NCBI RefSeq assembly: GCF_006345805.1
Contig: NW_021833678.1
Coordinates: forward strand, 1-61,413
Origin: Octopus sinensis
Taxonomy: Eukaryota
Reading direction: 5' to 3'
DNA: 61,413 nt
Shown: one piece after another, positions 24,616 through 38,540 of the stretch
Layout of the letters: each line of letters begins with the position of its first letter
Numbering within the stretch: the first letter of the stretch is position 1
The notes under the pieces: model-generated
Seen by the model: only the letters and a program-made list of their open reading frames with translations
Database searches by the model: none
What the model was told of the DNA's origin: nothing
Made by a program: the position numbers and the translations under genes

Positions 24616-25028
24616 ACCTTTTTAGCTACTTATCTATTTGGCTGTCTAATTGCCTGCCTTTCTATCTCTTCCTCTGTCTTAATCACGCTCATATATATAT
24701 ATATATACACACATTAATAATGCATACACACAGTAATAAACGCACGCATAAGCGCATATATCCACATACAAACGTACATATACATAGACAGACACACACA
24801 CACCTGTGCGCGTACATTCCCACGCACATGCACCCACACAAACACACACTCACACACAAACGCATAAGCACACATTAGTCATTTTGTAATTCCTTCAAAC
24901 ACACAAACACGTAATATACCAAGGTAAATGGACATTACGCATCTTCAAAGAATTAAATTTTAGGTATTTTCTCTGTTATATTAATATTAACGAGATCTAT
25001 TTCAAAAACGAAAGAAATTTCAACTCTG

Positions 25029-25086
<58 letters not shown>

Positions 25087-25640
25087 ACACACACGCACAC
25101 ACGTATATATATATACAAACATATTTATATACATATGTATATATATATGTTTTGTATCTAATATACGTACAATTGTGTATATATATATATAATATAATAT
25201 ATAATATATATAATATATATATTATATATATATATAACACATATTTATATACATATATATATATATGTTGGTATCTATGTATATATATATATATGTATGT
25301 GTGAGTGTTTGTGTGTCAGTGTCATTATATATATATAATATATATATATTATATAATATAATATGTACGTATATGGGTGGGAGAGGGTGAGTGTGAGCGT
25401 AGCATATATAGTTATATATACATATGCATGCATATAAACACTTAGACAGGCATACACTCATATATGAATACATATCTATATTTATATGTATGTATGAATG
25501 TATGTATGTATGTATGTACGTAGTTATAAATCGTATATGTTTTGTCCGCAATGCGGATAGCACTTTTTATTTCTTAATAGCAGGGGAATTAGTTCCACCT
25601 GCATCACTAGACTTGGTCTTGTCAGTTGGCCGTGTCTCAC

Positions 25641-25820
25641 CTTGGAAACGAGAAGTTTCGTTGTGATTTTGGGAAAACATCTGCGTTTTCGCGGACAGTG
25701 TTTGTTTCGTAGAAGTGCAGGGTCGCCCCTATGATTCATTTCTTGTATGCTGATCACATTATTAGCCTCGAAATAAATAGAAGGCTTTTCAGCACAGTTT
25801 GGAAAGAGGATTTTGAGCCA
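25641..25820 (-). CDS. candidate 180-nt exon of an unidentified host gene
   Basis: Acceptor tgtatgtacag, strong donor AAG|gtgaga. Open in phase 0-0: WLKILFPNCAEKPSIYFEANNVISIQEMNHRGDPALLRNKHCPRKRRCFPKITTKLLVSK. No family recognised. Confidence 0.3.
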
Positions 25821-26185
25821 CTGTACATACACACACAGACACACACACACACACATAACTTTTGGTTGTAATGATATAGAACGGCGTAACTTGTAGTTAT
25901 AAGGCGTAGATATTGCTGTAATGAAACACCACGTTGGTGATTGTTAATGACAGATTTGAAATCGCTGTAATGATACAGTACTGTAGCCTTTTGAAGGACA
26001 CAACTCAAGTGTGGGTTTGAACAGAGAAGGCAATGTTAGTTGTAATGAAAGTGTTTTACGTCAGTTTTAAAGACACCCTTCAGTAGGGAAGACAATATTA
26101 CGCTGCCTGTTGTAATACCATAAGATGTAATAATAGAGATGAGTGGTTCTAACAGCAAAACTCAGCTTGCTACAGGTTGTAATGA

Positions 26186-26560
26186 TGGCCCAGTGGTTAG
26201 GGCAGCGGACTCGCGGTCGTAGGATCGCGGTTTCGATTCCCAGACCGGGCGTTGTGAGTGTTTATTGAGCGAAAACACCTAAAGCTCCACGAGGCTCCGG
26301 TAGGGGATGGTGGTGATCCCTCTGTACTCTTTCACCACAACTTTCTCTCACTCTTACTTCCTGTTTCTGTTGTACCTGTATTTCAAAGATCCGGCCTTGT
26401 CACTCTCTGTGTCACGCTGAATATCCCAGAGAACTACGTTAAGGGTACACGTGTCTGTGGAGTGCTCAGCCACTTACACGTTAATTTCACGAGCAGGCTG
26501 TTCCGTTGATCGGATCAACCGGAACCCTCGTCGTCGTAACCGACGGAGTGCTTCCACCAC
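26186..26560 (+). mobile_element. tRNA-derived SINE family C (head type C plus tail X)
   Basis: TGGCCCAGTGGTTAGGGCAGCGGACTCGCGG...GGTTTCGATTCCC head. The tail ...CTCGTCGTCGTAACCGACGGAGTGC is shared with 54585-54911. Confidence 0.85.
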
Positions 26561-27085
26561 CTTGGAGCTAGATAATAACGTAGAACGCAGCGCAAGTTGT
26601 AATGAAATACTGGTTATTGGCTGCAACGGCGTGATTGTTCTACACTCCCACTCCCACCATGGTTAAGACCACATGGTGTTTGTAAATACAGATTTGGCAG
26701 CTGCAGAGAGGCAGCTTAGCTGTTAGGTATGATGACACAGTCCATGTTGAAACATATCTGTGTCAAATGCAATAAGAGCTTAGAAATGGTATCTTTTATT
26801 GACACAGTTTAATCCTGGCTGGAATGATATGTCTAAGGTCAGGTTGGAATAATAAACGAGCCGTTGCGACGAATAGTGGTTTGTAATAACACATGTCAGT
26901 TGTGGAGCGGTAGCAAAGAAAGAAGTCAGTGAGAGTTTTTATAACATATCTGATGTTGCCGGAATGACACAGCTCAACAGTTATTTTCATGAAACATCTG
27001 AGAAATGTCTGTATTAGCAATGGCAGTACAGCGATAGTTCAAATGACACATCTCATTTGATGGCTGCAAACGAGAGAGAGAGATC

Positions 27086-27133
<48 letters not shown>

Positions 27134-28705
27134 CAGAGAAAGAGAAAGCGAAGGTAGTTACAAGAAGCAGTCAGATATTCTTGAAATTGAAGCTTAGTTG
27201 CTTAGTTTTTCTTAAAATGTTAGAGATCGGTGGTTTTCTAATAACGCACGAATAGGTTTCCCTAATTATGATTGTACAGCATAGTATTAATGCTGTGAAA
27301 TGGTTCAGTCACTAGACTTGGCCGTGGTTCTAATGTAACAAATTACTGATTACAAAATGCTTAATGGTGGTTGCTGTCATTCATCAGTAATGGTTATCCT
27401 GACGAGCTGTTCATTTGCGTAATCTATGCGTTTTTGCACGACAAATTAAAAGCCAGATTGACAGGTGCTTGCTTTCGAGTAATAGTGAATAGGAAGTTTT
27501 TATCTTTTGAGACACATGAAGTGTGCTTGAACTCATCACCTTGGTTCTAGTAGTGGTTTCAGAAGCTACCTCAGCTTCCATTACAGGATTACCTAAAATG
27601 GTGCGTTTATATAATAACTAGCATTGCGATGGCTGTTCATAAAAATCTACACTTCTCAAAACCTGACGGAACTCTACGTTGATCGTTTAAGCATGTGTGA
27701 TAGAAACCAACTTTTCAGATTAACCTGAGAACGGATTCATATTCATCATCAACATGATGAGATTTTACAAACTTTCTCTTGAACAGGGAACATGATGGAC
27801 ATGGATTCCTTCATATTCTATGCTTTCCCTTCTTGGAACCAAAACGAATCTGCTTGCAAACGCAACTGAGTTTGTGGAGTCTGGTTCAGCGTTAGCTTAA
27901 TAAAAAAAAAAGCACGTTTTATGCCCAAGTCATGAAGCGGAGATATTTTGAATACACCTGCACTTATTTCAATAGAATATTGTTATCTTGACGGGCGCCA
28001 TCGTCTTCAACATCAAAGATATAATTTTCAAACTTACGTTCATGTGAACCTTTTGCAGGAAAAACCCCCAGTATATCGGTATCCAGGTCGATATATTTTT
28101 ACTCGTGTGCCAAATGATACAGCTCTCATGCAGTGGCTTAGCAATTTGCAGATTTACTGGAAGAGGCCCTTCAAATCACTATACAGATAAGTTTATAATT
28201 AAAACACCGATTGACTTGGTACATTCTCGTTTATTTTGAAAGCTCTCCTCATTTCATTTAAAGATATAAGTCCGTCACGTACTGTTATCTTCAGTGGATA
28301 ACAGGTCAACTTCCTCCATCATTTTTTTTTCCTGCAGCATTTCTCTTTATGTAAATGATTCAGTAACTGTATTGAGAGAAATCTTCCACTTAGAATATAA
28401 AGTTCTAGCTTTGTGAAGCAATTCCAAACACGAGAGCAATGTAGTAGGATGCTGATTAAAGAGGACCTTCGATATTTACTTTTACTTGAATTCAAATAGA
28501 AAATCCGAGAAGAAAATATTGCCTTCTTCGTCATCTATAAAACCGATAACTTGATCAAAGTTGACTATTGCTCAGTGTCCAATATCCACACCAATTCGGT
28601 AACGTTTAATTGCGCTTGCTCTATATTTGATTTGCTTCTCCTCTAGGAGTTTTGCTAGAGGAACATCATTTGGATCTGAGTGAAAGAAAAGAAACTATAA
28701 TATAT

Positions 28706-29095
28706 AGGCGCAGGAGTGGCTGTGTGGTAAGTAGCTTGCTAACCAACCACATGGTTCCGGGTTCAGTCCCACTGCGTGGCATCTTGGGCAAGTGTCTTCT
28801 GCTATAGCCTCGGGCCGACCAATGCCTTGTGAGTGGATTTGGTAGACGGAAACTGAAAATAAGTCCGTCGTATATATGTATATATATATATATGTATGTG
28901 TGTGTTTGTCCCCCTAGCATTGCTTGACAACCGATGCTGGTGTGTTTACATCCCCGTCACTTAGCGGTTCGGCAAAAGAGACCGATAGAATAAGTACTGG
29001 GCTTACAAAGAATAAGTCCCGGGGTCGATTTGCTCGACTAAAAGGTGGTGCTCCAGCATGGCCGCAGTCAAATGACTGAAACAAGTAAAAGAGTG
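28706..29095 (+). mobile_element. SINE family B, full length
   Basis: Co-linear with 2951-3353. Confidence 0.9.
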
Positions 29096-29516
29096 AAAAG
29101 CGTAAGAGTATATTTTAAATCCCCAACGAATATATTCAAGGCTTTTCTATATATTTCAGAGGACAGTGTGTTAGGTTTGTTTAACAGCGTCTTGCTTATA
29201 ACATTGGTGAATCATACTAGATTGGAGCGTGGAATGTTTCGTGTTTTTCTCTTGTAAAAGAAATACATTCCACCAGTCAAGATGGCCATGTTCTGTCAAT
29301 AACAACACACCAGAGACGTTTCGGGATTTTGTTGCTAATAATGCACCGCTAGATATGATTTTTTTTATTATCTAGTTTCAGCTCACAAGCTGTGGCCATA
29401 CTGGGGCACCGCCATTTGGTGTTGCTACATGATTTTACTTCACGAATGCTTTTTAGCAATTGCCATTTGGTGCATGAGAGAGTTCGATGCAGCTGCCCTC
29501 ATCTGCACCTCATCTG

Positions 29517-29576
<60 letters not shown>

Positions 29577-30224
29577 CATACATACATACACATTAATAAA
29601 AGCACGCATAAACATACATCCACACACAAACTCGTAATATACCAAGGTAAATGGACATTACGCATCTTCAAAAATTAAATTTTAGGTATTTTCTCTGTTA
29701 TAGAGAAAATTTCTAGAGACCGATTGGTGATGACACCGAGATGTATGAGTTCTCTGCTAGAAATGTCTTTCCGCAACATACATTTGACTGAGGTGTTATC
29801 CTAGGTTAATTGCAGTAAAATGGTATTTGTTACCTACGACATTGCAAGGTGCTAGGAACTCCCTAAAACCACATAGGAAACACGTTTGGTGAACCCACAT
29901 TGTTTCTCTAATTCTGTAAGGGGCCAGTGGAAGGTATCAGTGACAATGACCGATGATAATTCGAAGTGTCAAAGTGGCAGAGTATTTTTTTCTTTTTATT
30001 TTTGAAGAACAGTTCTTATCAGTAAGAATATTGTCTGTTTGGAGCAAATTATATGGACATGGCGGTGTAGAGGCCCCTGAGAAGCAAGCAGTGTAAAACA
30101 GTCATCCGGAACAGACTCATGTTGTGTTCGTGCAATGCTCATTTGAGGGTTTTTATCAAATAGCAGTTATCACATGAGGATCGGATCCATCATCCAGGCC
30201 TTTCTGGAATTCAAACTCCCGATT

Positions 30225-30352
30225 TATTTTACTCTTTTACTCTTTTAATTGTTTCAGTCAGTTGACTGTGGTCATGCTGGAGTATCACCTTTAGTCGAGC
30301 AAATCGACCCCAGGACTTATTCTTTGTATGCCTAGTCCTTATTCTATCGGTC
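30225..30352 (-). mobile_element. SINE family B tail
   Basis: Reverse complement of the GATAGAATAAG...GACTGAAAC(AAGTAAAAGAGT)n tail. Confidence 0.8.
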
Positions 30353-31259
30353 TAAACGCCCGATTTATTTGTCTAGTCTCCCGTTTTATTTTGGCAATGA
30401 ACACTATTAGACATAAGGTAGCTATGGAGAAAGACACTGTATGATTGTCAGGCATGAAGACATTCATTTCTTCAAGTAGAACCTCAAGACAAATGTAAGA
30501 TTCGAGAAAAAGTTGATGTTCTTTAGTATATTCCAGTAAAAGAGCGGTCAAAGAAATCTAGTTAAAAAAACAACAACTTTACAGTAAAATTGCAGGGGAG
30601 GAAATTTGTGAGATGGCATCCATCTTTGTAATGTGAAGGTAGTCAGGAATTTAGTGTGGGTGCCACGAATCACAATTTGTAGATGGCCCCCATTTTTGTG
30701 ATCCATTCTTGCTATTCCTTTGTTCTTCCCCATTGTCGTTATTGTTGGTATTAGTGATTGATATTTCGACATTATATCTATGAATTATTATTGCTGATTT
30801 CGAATTTTCGCTCGATGCAGATTCCCCTCTATTTTTATCTATTTCGCCCTTGTGCTGTCCCCAACATATTAGTCCCTTGAGACAAATAAAAGAAATATTT
30901 ATTATTATTATTATTATCAATATTATCGTTGTTGTTGTTCATGTTCTTGTTGCAGTTGTTGCTGTTAACTTTTCTGTGCCGCTTTAGAATATTAGAAATT
31001 ACATACAATAACCTTTCAAATGATAGGATCTCCCTGTTTTTTTGTTTTTTCAAAAAAATATATATCATAGGACGGTGAGGGCCTTTTTTTCATACCACTT
31101 ACAGTTTCGTTTGTATATGTGTATGTGTGTATATGTGTATCGTCCCATATATATAACGATACGTTAGTGCGGCCATTTTTTTCAAATTTTTTTTTGTATA
31201 TATCACAAGTTGCTCTGTGCGTCTTTTATACATAATCATAGTTTAGCTTTGTGTCTTTA

Positions 31260-31316
31260 GATATATTATATATATAATATATAATATATAATACAATACA
31301 ATATAACATAATATAA

Positions 31317-31358
<42 letters not shown>

Positions 31359-32121
31359 TTGTATATTTATATATATGTATATTTATATATATCTATATGT
31401 ATATATATACTCACACATACATATATATATTACAGGCTTCTGGGTGGGTTATTTTTTATATAAAAACCATAGGTTTGTGTGTCCTTTTTTTTTTCATCCT
31501 ATATTACAAGTTGTTGTGTGTCTTTTGAAGGCAATTTTTACCATGTCAAAAAATCTGAATAAATGAAATAAACACAAAAATAAATTAAACCCATACAAAA
31601 GAAACATGTAAAAAGTTATGTAAAATAAAGCAAAACTTTGAAGCTAAATCAAAAGATACATAAGCAAACCCTTCTATTTTACATTTCCCAATGGCATTAA
31701 ACGTCAAACCATTAGCAGCGCATAAATTCATTGTCTGTTCCAAATTTTTTCTTTTTTCTTTTTTCCTTTTTTTTCTTTTTTTCCATGATTTTGTTTGCCT
31801 TAGTTCATGTTGTTGTTGTTGTTGTTTGTTTGTTTGTTTGTTTGTTGTTTTTTTTGTGTCAGTGTAATTTATATTTTATTTTTTGTTTATTTGTTTGTTT
31901 GTTTGTTTGTTTATTTATTTATATATTTTTTGCATTGGTATCACATGTATTAAATAAGTGGCTAGAATTGGTTAGATTTCAAATCGAAAATATACAACGA
32001 CAAAAAAAAAAATGAAAAAACAAACAAACAAGAAAAAAACAAATCGTGTAACGCAGAACAAAAAGAAAACACACACACAAAAAAAAATAATGACTCTGTG
32101 AAACGCTCCTGCTGCTGTTCA

Positions 32122-32187
<66 letters not shown>

Positions 32188-32216
32188 TACAATTAGTACT
32201 GCTACTACTATTAATA

Positions 32217-32254
<38 letters not shown>

Positions 32255-32283
32255 GTAATAATAATAATAACGATAATAACAAC

Positions 32284-32324
<41 letters not shown>

Positions 32325-32594
32325 TAATAATAATAAAAACAACAACTGTGATGGGAAATAATACATAGTAAAATAAAGAATTGATTACGAAAAAAGTTCA
32401 ACTGACGTAAAGTGTAGTGAAGGAAAACCAAAATCGTTCGGTTAGCTTCTATCTCTCTCTTGAAGCATATACTTACATACATGCATACATAGATGTATTA
32501 ACACTTATGTATATATATATATAAATATGTGTGTGTGTGTGTGTGTGTATGGATACATGTGCGTACACGTGCACATGCACACACACACACACAC

Positions 32595-32640
<46 letters not shown>

Positions 32641-32749
32641 ATATATATATATATTGTACTACGTTAATCTGCCTGAAGAGATAACTACATATAGATGCGT
32701 ATGTATATATCAGTATATATACACTCGTTCACACGCTTATATAGACGTA

Positions 32750-32808
<59 letters not shown>

Positions 32809-33112
32809 AGAGAGAGAGAGATTTACATGTGTTCACATGTAAGTGAAATAAATATACGTGCAAGGACATACCTACGTGCAAATCTATCTATAAAAAATAT
32901 ATATATACATATGATGCATATATATATATATATATATAGAACACACATATATACATACACATGTATATATGTACATATAATATAATATGAATATATGTGT
33001 GTGTTTCTCTATATCTATATCTGTGTATCTAACTATCTATCTAATGTATCTATTTATCGATGTATGTATCTATCTATCATCTATCCATCTTTCTCTCTGT
33101 CTGTCTGTCTGA

Positions 33113-33161
<49 letters not shown>

Positions 33162-33175
33162 TTATATATACATAT

Positions 33176-33222
<47 letters not shown>

Positions 33223-33652
33223 CATAATATATATATACATATTTCTCTCTCTCCTCTCTCTCTCTCTCTCTGTATATATATATATATATATATATACATA
33301 CATATATATCTACATATATTCTTTGTTTATTTATCTATTTATTTATTCATTCCAATATATTTTCCTTACTTGTCTCATTCGCCGCAATATTTGTTCACCT
33401 TGTCCATATCATTTTATTGCCCTGTCAAAATTGCTGCTACAGAAATAATCAAACCGATTCTCGGATAAAATGTTTTGACCTTTCTCTTGTCGCATCTTTT
33501 ACCATTCACACACATTCACAAATATACCAACACGTAGGCGTATAAACACCCAAAAAGACACACATACACACACACACACACACGTCTACACACATATGCA
33601 TACATATACATACATGCATGCACATATATATATTGATATATCTATATATCTA

Positions 33653-33688
<36 letters not shown>

Positions 33689-34005
33689 TGTATATATACA
33701 TGTAGAGGTAGGTACGTACATATATGTATGTATATATGCATATGTTTTATTTATTTTTAATTTATATATATATTATATATATATATATATAATTATATAT
33801 ATATATACATGTAAATGCATACATATCGATGAAATCTATCTAGTTCACCATATCACATATGCATATGCATATACATCTACACTTGGTATGTATGTCTGTA
33901 TACATGTATATATATATATATGTGTATATATTGTATATATATATGTATATATATATATGTACACACAGATGCACACACACATACACACACACACACATGT
34001 ATATA

Positions 34006-34045
<40 letters not shown>

Positions 34046-34137
34046 TGATGCACTTATGTTTACCTTCCTGCCTATCAGTGTATCCAGAACTCTATTATCC
34101 AACCGTGTTTTTTTGCGCGCGTGTGTGAATGTGTGTC

Positions 34138-34198
<61 letters not shown>

Positions 34199-34222
34199 TA
34201 CAGAGAGAGAAAAAGAGAGAAC

Positions 34223-34269
<47 letters not shown>

Positions 34270-34528
34270 GGATGAGTAAATAGAAAGTTAGATAGACACA
34301 TAGGTAAACAGATATATAGAGGGAGCGAGAGAGTCAAAGTGTGTGCTTGTGTGTGTGTGAGTGTGTGTGTGTGTATGTGTGTTTGTGTGTGTGTGTGTGC
34401 ACTTGCGCGCGTGTTTACATATATCACTTAAGAACGAAGACATAGTAGCGACATCTACTTTAAGATGGATGCTCTTTTAGTTGTATTTTTGTTTATATCT
34501 GGAAAGTTACTATCATCTCAGTTGTTGT

Positions 34529-34568
<40 letters not shown>

Positions 34569-34575
34569 GGTGGTG

Positions 34576-34617
<42 letters not shown>

Positions 34618-34770
34618 ATAGTAGTGGTGTTGGTGGTGGTGGTAGTAGTAGTAGTAGTGGTGGTGGTGGTGGTGGTAGTAGTAATAGTATTAGTGGTAGT
34701 AGTGGTAGTGGTAGTAGTAGTAGTAGTAGCAGTAGTAGTAATAGTGGTAGTGGTAGGATTATGAACACGA
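31260..34770. repeat. dense microsatellite field: (TA)n, (TTTG)n, (CTA)n, (TAA)n, (GA)n, (GATA)n, (GTA/GTG)n
   Basis: Seen directly. Confidence 0.85.
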
Positions 34771-34969
34771 GAAGGAGTCAGAGGAGGAGGAGAGTAAGTG
34801 AACGAAGAAGTGGAGGCGTATTTGTATTTGCTGTAGTTTTCTGGAGATGACGATAGTAAGGATACACATTATTCTTCTTGCTGTAATCTTGAATAAAGTG
34901 TTTATGAAAAAAGTTTCCATAACTATCAACGTCATGAGTATGTTGACGTTTTTATGTTGTCGGTTTTAA

Positions 34970-35790
34970 TGCGGCGAGCAGGTAGAGTTGATAGCACGCC
35001 GGGCGAAATGCTTAGCGGTATTTCGTCTGCCACTACGTTTTTAATTCAAACCCCGCCGAGGTCGACTTTGCCTTTCATCTTTCAAGGTCGATAAATTAAG
35101 TACCAGTTACGCATTAGGGTAGATTTAATCGACTGGGCCCCCTCCCCACAAATTTCGGGTCTTGAGCCTAGAGTAGAAAAGAATATTTTGAAAGGCGGTG
35201 AGCTGGGCGAAATGCGTAGCGGTATTTCGTCTGCGTTACGTTCTTAGTTCAAACTCCGCCGAGGTCGACTTTGCCTTTCGTCCTTTCGGGGTCGATAAAT
35301 TAAGTACCAGTTACGTATAGGGTAGATTTAATCGACTGGGCCCCCTCCCCACTAATATCGGGTCTTGTGCCTAGAGTAGAAAAGAATATTTTGAAAGGCG
35401 GTGAGCTGGCACAAACGTTAGCCCGCTCAGCGAAATGCTTAGCGGTATTTCGTCTGCGTTACGTTGTGAGTTCAAATTCCGCCGAAGTCGACTTTACATT
35501 TCATCCTTTCGGGGTCGATAAATTAAGTACCAGTTACTCACTGGGGTCGATGTAATCGACTTAATACCTATGTCTGTCCTTGTTTGTCCCCTCTGTGTTT
35601 AGCCCCTTGTGGGTAATAAAGAAATAGGTATTTCGTCAGTCTTTACGTTCTGAGTTCAAATTCCACCGAAGTCGACTTTGTTTTTCATCCTTTCGGGTTC
35701 GAAAATCAAGTACCAGTTGAGCACTGGGGTCGATGAAATCGACTATCCCATTCCCCCTAGTTTCCTACTGCCTATAATATAAAAGTATAT
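34970..35790 (+). mobile_element. SINE family A tandem cluster (about 4 units, mixed tail types)
   Basis: Repeated core GTCGACTTTGCCTTTC. Tails of type 2 (...GCCTAGAGTAGAAAAGAAT), type 1 and type 3. No clear TSD seen. Confidence 0.85.
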
Positions 35791-35907
35791 GTTCGAGATT
35801 TTGATTGTAAGATTAATCTTGTTTATGCAAATGGTTATCGCCATATCTTTATGACTTCCTTCATTATGACAACAATATTCAGGGTCAATTCGTAGTGACA
35901 GTGGCTA

Positions 35908-36038
35908 TAGGGGCAGGAGTGGCTGTGTGGTGAGAAGCTTGCTTCCCAACCACATGGTTCCGGGTTCAGTTCCGCTGCGTGGCACTTTGTTCAAAGACTT
36001 AAGAATGGATATGGAAGACGGAAACTGAAAGAAGCCCG

Positions 36039-36089
<51 letters not shown>

Positions 36090-36270
36090 TTTTCTCGGTG
36101 GCCGGGTAACTGTTGAGATGGCGGCATGGGTTTCCACCTCGACATACGAAACTCGGAGTTTTATCATGGCTACCGAATAATTGTCACAATTACAGATGAA
36201 TTTATAGATGAATTGCTCTATTTATATAATATCGAGGTCTCTTTAATTCTTTTGTTGTCTTACCATTTCT

Positions 36271-36313
<43 letters not shown>

Positions 36314-36388
36314 ACAAACATACATATATATATACATACATAAATATACATATACATATACATACATACATAAATATACATATACATA

Positions 36389-36461
<73 letters not shown>

Positions 36462-36780
36462 GATATATATATAGAGAGAGAGAGAGATAGATAGATAGAT
36501 AGATAAGAAAGTTGGTTTGTGAAAGCACGTGGCTGAATATATAGAAAATAGTAAAAAGTGAAATATATATATATATATATTATATATATATATGCATGTG
36601 TCTGTGTGTCACTTGACAGCCGATGCTGGTGTCTTTAATCCCCGTAACTTACCGGTTCAGCAAAAAGAGAGTTAGAAATACTAGGCTTACAAATAATAAG
36701 TTCTGGGGTCGACTTGTTCGACTAAAGGCGGTGTTCCAGCATGACCGTTGTCAAATGACTGAAACAACGAAAAGAATAAA
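35908..36780 (+). mobile_element. SINE family B (head 35908-36045, tail about 36600-36780) with foreign insertion 36090-36275 in its microsatellite
   Basis: Head and tail are co-linear with family B; the intervening unique sequence is flanked by (TA)n. Confidence 0.75.
36095..36176 (+). ncRNA. decayed hammerhead-ribozyme-like motif
   Basis: Stem I UCGGUGGCC-G-GGUAA/UUAUC-AU-GGCUACCGA. Core CUGUUGA (36110-36116, A6U). GAAA at 36148-36151, stem III ACUC-G-GAGU, H17=U36160. Stem II is only partly paired. Confidence 0.45.
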
Positions 36781-36786
36781 TGAGTA

Positions 36787-36975
36787 AGCCGGACAAAATG
36801 CTTAATGAGCATTTCGTCCGTCTTTATGTTCTGAGCTCAAAATCCGCCGCGGTCGATCTCGCATTTCAACCCTGCGGTGGTTCGTTAAATTGAGTAGCTG
36901 CTGGACACTGGAATCGATGCAATCGACCTAACAGCTTCCCCGAAAATGCTGGCCTTGTGCCAAAAATTTGAAACT
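36787..36975 (+). mobile_element. old diverged SINE family A
   Basis: GGACAAAATGCTTAATG..CATTTCGTCCGTCTTTATGTTCTGAG... matches the A-family head and core. Confidence 0.65.
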
Positions 36976-37833
36976 AATATTCATGTCAATATGTTCGTAA
37001 CTGCTGCTGTTATAGAAAATAGGGACAGTGTGAGGAGGAGCAGAATAAAGAGGAAGGAGGAGGAGGAAGAGGATGCTTCAGTTCGTGTTTGTTGTGTTGT
37101 TAATGTTACTGGTAACTATAAGGATGATTGTGGCACTGGTTCCATAATTTTGGCACCGGTGCCACAATTTTGGCACTAGTGTTTATGATGATGATGATGA
37201 GAACGATAATGTCGATGGTGGTTGTGATTTGGTTATTACTTGCTCTTTTGGGATTCAAATTCATGAGAATAAGAAGGCCTCGTTAAAATTACTTGAGACG
37301 CCAGGCTCTGGTTTTAGTATGGGCCACGGATTAAGTCTACCTCACAGTTAAATTATGGCAGGACTTGAAATCTGAACACAAAGAATCTGAACGAATGCCA
37401 TCCATGATCTTACACATCCGCCACTCACTTACACTGGATTGCTATTATGTTTTATTGAAGCCGAAAATAAAATGAAATGTGATGTTGGCATCGATAGGAT
37501 TTGAACTCAGAGAGAAGAACTTCTAGTTTGGAGTATTCTAACCCAAGTTCCGACTACGACGGTTCACCACCTATGAACTACGGTCGTCAGGAGTGACAGT
37601 TTATATTAATACACTACATTATATTAATACATTAATATAATATATTAATATATTAATATATATTGATATATTAATATATTAATATATATTAATATATTAA
37701 TACACTACATAATTTTTTTAAAGTAATTTTACTGGTATTTCGCAACCGTTTGATTATTTGGATGATTATATTTCTAGTCTTGCATGGTAGTTGGTAGTTT
37801 GACAGTTCAGAGATAATGTACATTCCTGAGAGT

Positions 37834-38298
37834 AGGATCTTTACCCTTTGAACAGCAGATCGATAGATTAATTTTTTTGTAACTAAACACGTTCAAACTT
37901 CTGGCTCTGGTAGAATGTGTCATATAAAACATCTTTTACTCCTAGTGTTGTTGAGAAAAGTTTGTATTTTCAAAATTATTTCGTGTTAAAGTTCAATGAC
38001 GTGTGTTCAGCTGAACAAAATTACTGCTGTTGTTTGTCAACAACAACTTCCGGCGGTGTATATTTCGTTTCTCACTGTTATATATGACCTCGTTCGTTCG
38101 TTCATTTGTGATGGTTTTAGCTTTAGGGTTTTAGGGTTAGGGTTTTAGAGTTAGGGTTAGGGTTAAGGTTGTGGTTTTAGGGTTACACTAAGAGTAAACG
38201 ATGTTTCATATGACACATTCTGCCAGTGTCCGAAGTTTGAAAGTGTTTAGTTACAAAAAATTAATTCCTCGATCTGCCGTTCAAAGGGTAAAGATCCT
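37834..38298. mobile_element. MITE-like element with TIRs of about 115 bp and an internal TTAGGG-type array
   Basis: 37834-37948 (AGGATCTTTACCCTTTGAAC...) is the reverse complement of 38185-38298. (TTAGGG/TTTTAGGG)n at about 38115-38184. Flanks GAGAGT and GAAAGT. Confidence 0.85.
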
Positions 38299-38540
38299 GA
38301 AAGTATTACAAATGTGGGTGTAATTTTTCGTATATTAACTGGCATATGGCGTACAAGCTGCGAGTGTGGCAAAACGGCGGTGCACCAGCATGGTCGCAGC
38401 TCTGAGCTGAAACTAGAGAGAAAAAAAAAACTTCTGTTGACGCAGGGCAGCCTGCGAGTCACCTTGGTCAAGAGCTCAACCAATGCCAGTTGCTTCTACT
38501 TTTACTTGGAATCCATTTTTGCCTGCAATGAAGAACATAC

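Noticed and set aside
26186-26245. tRNA-like cloverleaf heads here and at about 49870-49939, 52064-52140 and 54840-54911
   Set aside because: They continue into SINE bodies and lack a complete acceptor stem, so they are SINE heads rather than tRNA genes.
27430-28190. Coding-looking minus-strand stretches (e.g. YKRTILGNPVMEAEVASET, DLDTDILGVFPAKG)
   Set aside because: Multiple stops, and no recognisable cadherin or transposase motif; cannot be assigned.
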